DNA from: Klebsormidium nitens
Lineage: Eukaryota; Plantae; Klebsormidiophyceae
Reading direction: 5' to 3'
Assembly: GCA_000708835.1 (NCBI GenBank)
Contig: DF236966.1
Span: forward strand, 336,243-400,242
Length of the DNA stretch: 64,000 bases
Below the pieces are notes generated by a model. The model saw nothing but the letters and a program-made list of their open reading frames with translations, had not been told where the DNA came from and did not search any database. A program made the position numbers and the translations under genes. How positions within the stretch are numbered: the first letter of the stretch is position 1; each line of letters begins with the position of its first letter. Shown one piece after another: positions 1-11,400 of this stretch.

Positions 1-121
1 CAAAACCAATATGTAGAAGGCTGGTTACAAGGGAAAGCGCAATCTATCACGGAATGGCACGTTGATCTCGGTTTCTCCTATTGGCCGGCGATCAAAGCGC
101 TGTGTTTCTTTTGGCATGCAG

Positions 122-1211
122 ACCTTGATCGACGGGAACGGGAAGCTGGACACGTCCAAAGTCAACAACTTGCAGTACCCGGTTGCGGTATACCACAAAG
201 TGGCCCATGAGTAAGTTGCAAACAGATCCCGACCTGACGTATTTGAAAAGGTGGTGTGCAACTTTCGCTGTCATCTTCCTTCTAGCGAGAGCAAATGGTC
301 AGAAAGAGGTGCACGAGATCGGTCAGATCTTGCCTCTCTTTGTTAGAGAGGGTTAACCGCCCGCGCCTTTGCCGTAACGCTTCGACTGAGCATTCCTTCC
401 GCATGTACTCGCTGTATGGTGCTTCGGTTTGCAGATAGATGTTCCCCGTTGGCAGTCTGCTGTTGCGCAGTTACTCTGCAATAGTGGGAGAAGACATAGT
501 TGAAACACCTCAAAGGAAGTACATGACGTCCACTCATGGTTTCCGTCTTTCCAGGTCGGCATGATTTTCTAAAGCTCGGATTGTTCCTCTGCTGACAAAG
601 GACAGTCCCTGGTTTGGATGAACTTCTCTCCAAGCATTTTGCATTCTGGTAAACCTTGCTTGCCGACCGGTACTGCTTGGCAGGTCCCCTCTAGATGTTT
701 TCTGAAGAACCTGTGTTCAAATCTTCCTGCTTGGTTGAAATCCCTCGTTGGTCCAAGTTTTCGAAGGGCTTGACATTCTTATTTGTCCTTTTTATCCTGC
801 CTGACTGCATTATTTTGCCGCAGGTTGAAGACCTTTGGTGCATCATACAAGCGAGAGAAGGCGTCAAAGGGGCCAAGGGACGCTTTCTCCGACGACACAC
901 TTGGTCGGGAACTAGAAACTACCATGAACGCGTTGCTCAGTGTCATGCCGGCGTGTTGGCAAAGGACGGCCTGGATTCAATGGCTGGCCAGCCTCCAAAC
1001 CCCTGAGTACGCTGCTGAGGCGAGCGCAACGGTACAGAGACTTGCCGAGCAAGTAACTCCGGAGGCGCGGGACATGGCGGACGTGCTTTACCTGGTTCAC
1101 TGCGCGGTAGCACACCGATCACGGCTTTTGGTAGAGGTTCTGGATTCTTTTCCAGCAACCTTGGAGATCCACCGGGGCATCTTGTCGTCGTTGTCAAAAA
1201 AACCAGATTGA
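122..1211 (+). CDS. 3' end of an unknown protein-coding gene that starts upstream of the window; exons 122..210 and 824..1211
   Basis: Acceptor ttcttttggcatgcag|ACC at 122, donor GA|gtaagt at 210 (phase 2), acceptor tattttgccgcag|G at 824 (phase 2). The join reads TLIDGNGKLDTSKVNNLQYPVAVYHKVAHE-LKTFGASYKREKASKGPRD...SSLSKKPD*. No family recognised. Confidence 0.6.
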
Positions 1212-2437
1212 TTTCGACACTGGCCTTTGAATAAATAATTGTAACCAAATGTCTTTTCCCCATTTTTGTTTTACAGAAGACAGCAATTGAATGATCAGTC
1301 AGTCGGACTGTATTCAAGACCTTGATACAGTGTATGAACGACAGCCAGATCGCATTCCTGCCTAAGCCGTGGCGGCCGCTTTGGTGCAACGTGTACCAAT
1401 TGCACGAAGATTGTCATTAGTCAGGACATGCCGAGAGAGACTTGAAGCTTGAGGCAAAGTAGATGTTCCAGTTGCTGCATGCAAGCAGTGGCCGGACTGG
1501 GTCCATGGTCAAGTTAGTCCGGATGAGATTTAACGGTCGATCGTTTGTGGCCAGGCCCTGGAGCCCGGAGCCAGATTCCACTTTGATGCGGACGGTCATA
1601 CCGTATCTGCTCGCATGAAGGCCGGGTTGCTCATAGTACATAATGAACGCGTGCGTGTGTCTCCCATGTCAGTGGCAGGTGTCACGCGGTGGTCGCTTGC
1701 CAGACACTCGCTTATAAGCGGACAGCGGCAGAGGACGTACGGCCTGTATAGCGGCCCATGTGCCATTATGGCATGGCGCCATGTGAATCAGTGAATCATA
1801 CTAAGTGACTTTTGAAGATCAAGGTAGGGACATATATCGCATAATAGTGATTTGGACTCAGTCACGCGCGTGCATCAGGATGACGAGCGTCCCCACATTG
1901 ACAACTGACATCATGCAGCATCGCCTGGAGTTTGCGGGAGAGTTTGAGGCATTCACTGAGGATCGGCATGCGGCCCGGTGGCAGACCGACCCGCATTGTA
2001 CGTAGCGATCAACGTATTGTGTACGTCCGACCGCGCCTCGTATGCAGGGCAAGGCCAAGTTGGTTATGATTGTTCAAGCCATGCATGCAGGCGGAAACGG
2101 CCGGCTCTCTTCTCGCAGAAGGTGCGGCAACATGAATGTCGGATGAGATCGTACTGATATGGCGGTCGCGCTGGCATAGACCCCATTTTATGGCCCCAGA
2201 ATGTCCAGGGTGTTGACTCGGACTGATCAATATGTTAGAGCTGTGCCAAGGTCTGGCCTGCCGCCTAACGAGTGTCACTCCGTTGCCAAGATCTATCGAC
2301 TGGTGAACATTATCTAGCCCAGGCCCTTAATAGACGGGTCCGTGACGGGCGCAACGGTCGACTTGACACAACAATCTTCGAGTAGTTTGACGGTCCGCTT
2401 TGAATCGCGTGGAACAAGAGAAGGCTGCAAACCTTCA

Positions 2438-5400
2438 CTATATCATGTCGTGACCAAACCCTCCCTTGCTGACGCTGCTTTGCAGCAAGTCCCGTACTCC
2501 CTCGATGATCTCGAGCCCTTCCGTCCGGATGTCCAGACGGGGATTGACTAACTGCATCAGAACACAACGGTTGCAAACGTTCAACTTTTACGGCTTAGTT
2601 GACTCGCTTTCGTTACCTCAACAAAATGAAAGACCCAGATTCAAACATTCTCACGCGAAAGAAGCATTCGAGAATCGATCGTGACAGATAGATCTGTAGT
2701 AGATTCCAGGGACGCCTAAACTTGCAGGGCTCGGGAATTCAGTGCTTAGAAACTGAAATCTGGGCATGCAGATTTCTCATGCTCTACCTTTGCTTGTAGC
2801 AACGCTTGCAGCTCGTTCCGCAGGCCCTTGATCAGTGTCGCCGTGAGGCGGTCGCTTGTGAACATGACGTAGCCATCGAACATCCTGTCAAGAGGAGCAG
2901 GCGTGTGAGAATGACGTCACCAGGCGTCATTGTGACGTGTGCTGGCTTACGCTCGAAGGACCTGATTGAGCGAGACCGCGAAGCATAATCCTGTCCCGAC
3001 GAATCTGGCCGCGGGCAAAGGCAACAGGATGCAGTAACGAGAGGTGCGATACTTGACAAATCGAGAGCCGCGCAATAAGAGGAATCAGAAACAAGCCCCG
3101 CACTATGATTGATAAAAGAGGAGGAAAAACCGCCCACTCGACTCGCACACCGTGTGAACAGCGGAACGTCAAGTCATGAGGAGAGCGAACGGAAGAACAT
3201 CGAAAACTGAAGGCTTTTTGAAAGCAGAAAAAAGGAGAAATATCGGCACTTAGGGCGTTGTTCGGCTCACTTGAGCAGCCCTGAGCCCTCTTCGCTGTCA
3301 ATGTGACCGCCGAAGACGACAAGCGACAGGTCGCACACGGGAGTGGAGTCCCGCACATAGATCTTGGCCGTCTTGATCTGGATAGAGAGACATGATGTCG
3401 TTCAGGGACAGCTCGGGCATTTCGCCCTAGCCCAACCATTTTTTTTGCCGCACGGGCAAAATCGAAATCTATTTTCGGATTATCTAACGAAATCTGCGAC
3501 CTCACATGCACGTGTGTAACATGTGTCGTGCGGCTCGTCTTCTGATAGCACTTTGAAAGCGACGTCAGAAAGCACCGCGCTCGAGCATCCGCGTACTGAG
3601 TAACTGAGTCCGAGATCAAATCTCGGGTGTGCCGTCCGGAATGTTCCGACACAGGGCGCACCAGTCTTAAGGTACCTTACGAGTGAGAACGAGGAGACCG
3701 ACCAGCTTCTCCTCGGCCAGGAGGGCTTCTCTTTCTAAAGGTGCCTTATGCTGCAATCTAACCCTGGGTGCAACTGGTTCGCCAAGCGAGGCGACACACC
3801 ACAAGAAACAGGGTACACACGAAGTAGCAACCTCTGGTTTGGACATACCCCGGCACTTCCTGTACATCAGCTTCTCTTCTGTCCTGACATGTTAAGATGC
3901 CAGGAGCCGCTTTTCAGAGAATCCAAGTTTGAAATTCGGAGCATGCGGCGCACCTTGTTGGAGAAGACCATCCAGGGCATCTTGTACTCGTTGCGCCTGT
4001 GGTTGACGGACATCGGGTGGATGTCCACGTCAGCAGCGTCCATGTCCTTAAATGTGTACGTCACGCGCCCATACGCCTTGTCGCGCTGCGCAGAAAGAAC
4101 CACCAGGGCTTTGCTCTCGCATTGTAGCTCGATTCAGAAGCTCGAATGAACGTTGAACAGTCAGAAAGGGCTCCTTCTCGAGCAAAACGCAGTGAAGCTG
4201 TCAGGAAGGGTGTCTTGTCAATACCGCATCTCAAGAAAACTATAGCCAATGTCCTGGAACGTGCTTTGCACTTGCAGCTAAACGTCAGGCGCCCGTACGC
4301 CTTTCGTTCCTTTGCGGCCAATCCAGCTCGCGCGCAAAGAGTATCAGCAGCCGGCCAACGTCTTCGTTACAGCCACACAAGAGAGAGGAGCAGACAAATA
4401 CGGCCGAAGATTTTCTGTCTGCGTGCCCTATGTCCGTAAGGGATCGACGTTAGCTCCGAACTAGGAAGATGGACCGTAAGGAGCCGCAGAACGCCAACAA
4501 TATAGATACGACGCTCAGTAAGACGGTCTCACGCTCCGGCAGAGCGGCTCATTTAGCATAAAAAGTGAGCGACCGCTGGAGCAACAAGGTTTGAGTCGCA
4601 AGGAAGATCACGGGCAGAACAAAAACCAAAGCCGAAAACCAAAGGGAATGCACATGTTAAGAACGAAGTATACGGGCAACTTATGCAGCGACAAATCAAG
4701 TGACACTTGCGAGACAGGATTCAGTCTCTACCGTTCAGAGCGCTAACGAAGCTGTCAATACGGAGCTTTCGGACGTAGCCGTCATCGGACGTCATCGGAC
4801 GTAGCCGTCTTTCCTAAGAACATTAGACCAAGAAGAAAATTTTGCCAGAGAACGCAGCCCTCACGTTTACGGCGACAATCTGCGGGTAGAGGCCGGAGCA
4901 GAGCACGGCCCGGACAAGGTACGTGTCCGCAGCGTATTCGTTGTACGCTTCCCAGCCCGTCTGGCGGTCCACGAAGCCCATGTCCGTCAGAATGCGCGCG
5001 TACTGCCGCCGCAGGATGTCGATCTGCAGGGAAGGGGTTCTTAATAGGCCTGTCTTGACGGTCTTCCTCATTGATTTCTAAGCAGACGAGTCGATTGGGG
5101 CTTTCCGTAAATCCAACATGTCAATTGGTGACTTATCGTGTCCTGCCCTTATTAAACATAAAGACATCACGAAGATTCACTTTCCGCGTAATCAAGTGTT
5201 TCCTCCTCCTTTTTCCAAAGCCAGCTTCGATTGAACATCACTTGGCAACTGCTCTGTCCGGCCTGGGTTACCTTCTACATCGCCAATTACACACGAACCC
5301 GACAGCTTTTACTTCCGTCATCAAAACCGAGCAGAAAGAAAACGCGTTCCTCCCCACCTGGTTCATCGTCGCATTCGACAAGAAGTACTCCTTGCAAAAG

Positions 5401-8400
5401 TCGAGCTCCATCCCCCTCGCTCTTGCGCGCGTCCACCCCTCGAACGCACGCACGAGTGCCACGTGGTCCGACTCCGTGTTTCCCGCCAGCGCTAATTTCG
5501 CCTCGAGCGCCGCCCACTTGTGCGTCCCGGGCACGGAGAACGGGTCCTTGTGTGAAAGCCCCGCAGCAATGGTGAGAATAGGCCCCAGGCACTGGAATGT
5601 GGCGCCCATTAACAGCATCTTGCCCAGGCGGGGGTCAATGGGCAGCTCGGAGAGGTGCTTGCCTGCGGATGGGAAGAAAATTGAGTTCATATAATGGCAA
5701 CTTCCCAAAACAAGTAGACAATCTACTGTCTGGTCTTGTTGGCCGCCCTTGCTTTACTGCGAAATGGGGGTTTCGTGCCGGCCTCGCAAGCCCCTTTGGT
5801 CCTTTCTCTTGCGGTGGTGAGTGCACCGCTCAAAACGTAGAGGAGAAGTGCGCATGCTTGCTTCTTTGCAGTCAGTCCCAAAAAAGCTTCACTGTTTACT
5901 ATGTTGTTGCAAAAACCAGGGGGCCACTTGAAAGTCTCAACAGCTGAGCAAGGCATCCGCCAACAAGGCAAGCAAGACTGCTCAAATGCTCAAATGCGCG
6001 ATTTGTACGGTCCTGCAGCTCGTCTTCGTCACAAATCAAAGCGCATACCGAAGACGTTATGAAGTCAGGCAGTGATGCAGGACTGGGTGCGGTGACGAAG
6101 TCTTCCGAAGCAGTCAGTTGTCCAAGCCCCCTCGTCTCACTCGAGTGCTTGGGAACGAAAAATGTTGGTTCAGAAGTCCGGTAAGATGGAAACAGAAGTT
6201 TTCAGTTGGCCTCCACTCTTAGCGAATATCTGGACGGTCTCTGATGAGTGACACGAAGCGAAAAAGGTTTGGAGGGCTCACCGAGGGGGGTTAGGTTCTC
6301 TTCCCGGTCAACCGCCCCGATACTCTGCAGCATCTTGACCCCGATCGCGATGGTGCGCTTGTCGGGGGGCTCCATGGCGCGGGACAGAATGCTCTCGATG
6401 CTTGTTGGGCCCATGATGGGCTCCAGGCTTTTCACCTGCAACGAGAGTAATAATCTGCTGTCTGATGTTGTTGTGTGTTACTGTTCATCATTTAGGGGGC
6501 AGATAATATGAGCTTAAAGAAGGCTCCATGGGGCGCGATGGGATGCTCAAGCTGCTGTTTTGGGGCCGAGAATGGGCACCCAGAATCTTCGCCTGCACAG
6601 AGCCGCGTAGCGCTTGCCTGTCAGAGACTGTGCGTTACTGGTGCTTAAATTCTACAACAAGTTTGTCGACGTGGACTTGGCAGCAGAAAGAACATGTATG
6701 CCGCTCATCAGACGCCAGCCACTGCACCTGCGGCGCGACTAACTTTCGCCAGTATGCGACGGAGTTGGGTTACCACCGACATTTTGATAGATAAGACCGC
6801 TTCTGACCAGAGCTACTAGCGAAGTGTAGCGCTGCAGATGATGAGAAGATTGTCGACAGAAGAGAGCGTTACGGAGCTGGTCTTCAACGGAACGACTCAA
6901 TAGCGCTCTAAACAAGCTTACCCGGAAGCCAGATGACAGTTGCAACTAGGATGCAACTAGAAGTACGATGTGCGATGGGGCCTAACCTGTAGGCACAGCT
7001 CCTCGAGCGGCGTCCTGAGCATCTCGGGCGCCGCATAGTCCGCCATCTTCTTGTTGTACATCAACTGCGGATACAGGTGGTAGCAGATCCCCGGCTGCAC
7101 GCGCCCCGCACGGCCTCGCCGCTGCACGGAAAAGCACGCACGTCAGCAGCCTGTTCATATGACGTCAGCAATCCTTTGTTTCATGACGTCAGCAGCATTC
7201 AATCGGTGACGTCATCCCGTTGGGAACCCGATGTTTAGGACCCTTTCTTGATCTTCAACGGTTCCTGGGCGCTTGAAGTGTGACCTTAGAAAAAAGAAAC
7301 GATCCGCAATCCTCTGACAGTACATTCTACTGTAATGTCTGACAGTACATTTCACTGTAATGTCTAACGTAAAATTGGCAGGACGTCAACAATCCAAATC
7401 TAGTAGCTGGCATGCAATCGTCAGCCCGAGCCTTGAGGGATCGTTGCAAACTGATGCATGACACTCTTCGTCCTCACCTGCCTGGCGGACGCTTTCGAAA
7501 TCCAGGTGGTGTCAAGGCTGGACAGCTTGTTGAGCGGGTCGTAGCGGTGCTCCTTGGCCAGCCCGCAGTCAATGACGTGGACTACGTCATCGATGGTTAC
7601 GGACGTCTCTGCCAAGTTTGTCGCCAAGACGATCTTTCGAACGCCCGGCGGGGGCCGATCGAAGATGAGCTTCTGCACAAGGAGCGAAGCGAGAAAGTTG
7701 TTACGTCTGCCTTTTGCACTCTTCGCCTGCAAGCTCAGAGGGGTGCACGAGGCAGCTCGTGGTTCTACCCGAGCTACAATTGCTGCCCTGCTGGGATCAA
7801 AGAACACTCCACTTTTCTCGCGTAACCAGCACTCAGAAGTGGGATGTGCGAATCGTAGCGACGGGAATAGCGCATCCCATATTTATTGCTCGTCAACGCC
7901 CTCTTTTGAGAATCCTAGCACCCCCCCACGCACCTGGCTGGCCCCCGGCATCTGCCCGTGCAGCGCCATGATCTGCACCTTCCCCTGCGCCTCCAACCTC
8001 GACAACCTCGGGTTCTTCCTCAGCGCATCCATCAGATCCTGGATATCTTCCCACCCAGTCAGAAACACCAGGACCGCACCCTCGGGGGCCATGTCTTTGT
8101 ACGGGCGCATCGGGCCGAGGTGTCGGTCGCGCGCGGTCAGCACCCGGGGGGACTTCCCGGCCCCTTTCCCGCAGCAGATGTGACAGATGAGGGCTTCTAC
8201 CAGGGCGAGATCGGGGCCAAGGGTCTCGTCGTCGTTGAAGCGGGCGATGGACTGCTGGACGTGGCGGGGGTAGTCGGGGAACATCTCCTGAAGTAGAAAG
8301 GAGATGAGAGCTTTTGCTGAACAGAACGCTTGGGAAATTAGAAACCTCCGGCGATTGGTAAATGAGCGGGGGAACTGCTGGACGTGACGAGAGAGTTTTA

Positions 8401-11400
8401 CTGTTTTCTTCTCCACAGTTGCTTGCAGCTAGTCGGACGTTCAACCAGCTATGTCAACTCTGAAAGGGGACAGACGAGGACGAAAGGTTCGAGCCGCTGA
8501 AGTCCAACGTGATCATCACTGGGTTCTGAAAAAGATCAGAGTCAACGAAACCCGCTGCAAGTTGCCAACAAATACTGCTTCAGACGAACGAGGCTCTCGA
8601 ATACCAGCCTGCCATTCTGAATCGAGGGCGTCTGGCAGCGAAATATGGGCCAGCGACCAATGTTCGTCAAGAACGTCTGGTTTCAAGAGAAGTCCTTAAG
8701 TTTGTCAGAAACGCAGGAGCCCTTTCGGAGCCTCCTTACCGGCTTGAGTTCCAGCGGCTTGTGCGGGTTATAGAGTTGATAGCGCCAGTGGTTACGCTTG
8801 TCGTTCTCCCGTTTCACCAGAGTGTACCCCGTCAGTTGCAGCACGTCCTCCAAGTACAAACTCTCCACCGGGTGCGTGAAGCCCTGTCAAGCAGCAAACC
8901 TGAGGCGGGTCATCAACAGGTTAATGTGACCGCCTGGTTAAGAGATTCTCGATTGTTATTACTTGTCGTTTCCCCATTTGAGCCGAGTGTTCCTCATTAG
9001 TTGCAGTAAGTCCTCCAAGTACGAATCCTTACCGTGTGCGTGATGCCCTGGAAAGCAACAAAGCAAGGCGGGTTAGCGGCCGGTTTATGAAGCCGCGGAG
9101 CTGGAGAGACCAACTCGATGTTGTTGAGCGCTCGGAGGCGTCGAGGTTACGATTAAGCAACGTTTCAGGATGCGTGATTTCTTGTTGCCCGCAACCCGTA
9201 CGAGAAAAAAGCGTTGACAACAATATTACAACCGTAGCAAATATGCCTGTGTTCCTGATGCACGTACCGATTGTCTCAACCTTTCGCACAAACAAATCTA
9301 GAAACTTCATTCAAACTATGCCGCAAATCAACGATAGCGCCTCACTCGCAAAATCAACAAAGACGTTTCAAAGTGTAGCTAATGTTCCCTGTCCCTGACA
9401 ACACTGAGCTGCTTAGATGCGACCTGGCTCGTTAGCATTTTCCAGGAGCTACCTTCTGGTGAAAATCGTGCTAGGGACCGGAACAGTAAGCCGCGGCCCC
9501 GGTCAAGCAAGGACGTTCAGCGGCCGCTTAGGCGGACTGCGGCCATGTCCGGTGCCCACGCTCAATATTTTTGTACCGTTATTGCAACGTTCAAGCCACA
9601 CAGCTGGACCGAAGCTGACGTCAGCACAACTGAGTGAAGTCAGAAGGGGTGCACATACCGGGATGTGCATGACGGGAGCATCGCCGAAGTAGTGGGAGAA
9701 GAGGCGGGCGTTCAGAGTGGCGCTCATCAGGACCTGCAAAGGGTACGGAAACTTTTGGTCTTACTTGCATTGTTATTGTGGTCTCTTTAAGAATAAGGTC
9801 TCCTCGATAGTCTCCTTAGGAATCTGAGAGAAACACGAGACCAGGCATTCAGAATGAAGATCTACATATTAACGGACGGCTTCAGTCGCTCCTCACGAGC
9901 AGCCGACCAAAACGCTGCCCTATGTGTGGCACAAAGGGAGGCTCGTTTAAACAAGGATTGCATAACTCTCGGTCGATGTTCATCACAATCGCACTCTGCG
10001 CTACACTCCTTGAAAGCAACCCTTCATCGTCGCAGATCGCAAGAACGACTCCTAAATTGCAGCTACCAAGCGTAAGCTGGACTTATCTCCCGCTGCTAGC
10101 CAGTTCCTTGGTTTGCGAGGCTTGACCAGAAAAGGGCAATCAAGAGCCGCATGACTTGCCTCCTGCTAAACGAGATTATCTCTCGACCAGCCTTGATCAA
10201 AAAATGGCCCTCAAGAGCCGCAAATCCGGCGGCTTAGACAGAACAATTAGCACCACGATGAGCAAAAATACTGCGTCGCACCTGCGTTCTGGATCCGACT
10301 TGTCTCCGCAAACTGACTTGCTCCAACCAGAATTAGTAAACCTCAAGAGAAAGAGCACTCACGAGCCGTAAGTCCGGTCGCTTCGGCAGAATGTCCCGCA
10401 GCACGATGAGCAGAAAGTCCTCGTCGCGGCCGCGCTCGTGGATCTCGTCCACCATGATGTGGGTCACGTGGGTCAGCGCGGGGTCGCTGATCTGCAACAA
10501 GTCGGTGAGAAAGAGAGATCAGCACAGGAAAGAAGGATAGTGTTGTTATGCCAATTGAGGGCAAGAGATGCGGCAGAGGGACTGGAATCTTTGGGACCAA
10601 GATCCTTTCCCTAAATTTAAGTCAGATGGTCGGAAACCATCTGAATAGGAGAACCGAGAACGCTTCCACCATTTTGCCAACAGTTTCGAAATGTGACTCA
10701 ACATTTTAAATGTTTATGCAGTGGTACCGTGCCCAAAATCCGAACGCCTCCGTATTTAGACGGCCGTTGTAGAATAACATACATGCGGAAGGAAACCGCC
10801 GCTAATCGGCGGGTCAAGAGCCGAACTTTCACACAATCGGTACCGACTTTTGAAGCTCGCACGATCCACATACTCGCAACCCGACCTTGCTGGAGTAAGA
10901 CCATAGTCAAAGTTTCCTCACCATCATCCGTAGGAGCACTCCGGTTGTGCAGTACAGCAGCCGCGTGTACGCACTCCGCCGCTGGTCCAGCCGTACCGCG
11001 TAACCCACCGTGTCTCCTACCTGAGCGGAGGAAACCAAGTACCTTTCATGAGCACTTTTGCACGATGCATTTTTTGAGAAACGACCGTGTGACCCACCGT
11101 TTCTCTACCTGCTCATGGGAACCACGTACCGTACTACGAGCAATTTACAAGTTGCAAGTTTTTGAAGTGACACAATCCACTTCGACCTTTGAATTCTCAT
11201 CATCAGTAAGCTTTTTCAGATGACCTCGATAGAGTTCTTTTCGGAAAGAGGCGGAACATTCACGTTCTGTAGATTTCGAGCGAGGGCCCGTTCATATCAC
11301 AAAAGTCCCGTGTTCTACTGCAAGCTGTGAATCAATCGCATCCTACCCTAATACGGTGCTCGGATCGATCACGCGGCGCGAGCTGAAGTTGTCTTTGAGC

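Noticed and set aside
1417-2310. Short ORFs (1417..1641 -, 1805..2005 +) and clustered small palindromes at 1709-1798
   Set aside because: No recognisable homology, no phase-consistent exon chain, and 12-13 nt palindromes are expected by chance.
2927-3661. 244-aa minus-strand ORF
   Set aside because: It runs through introns and crosses helicase exon 17 (3271..3377) in the wrong frame, with no domain signal.
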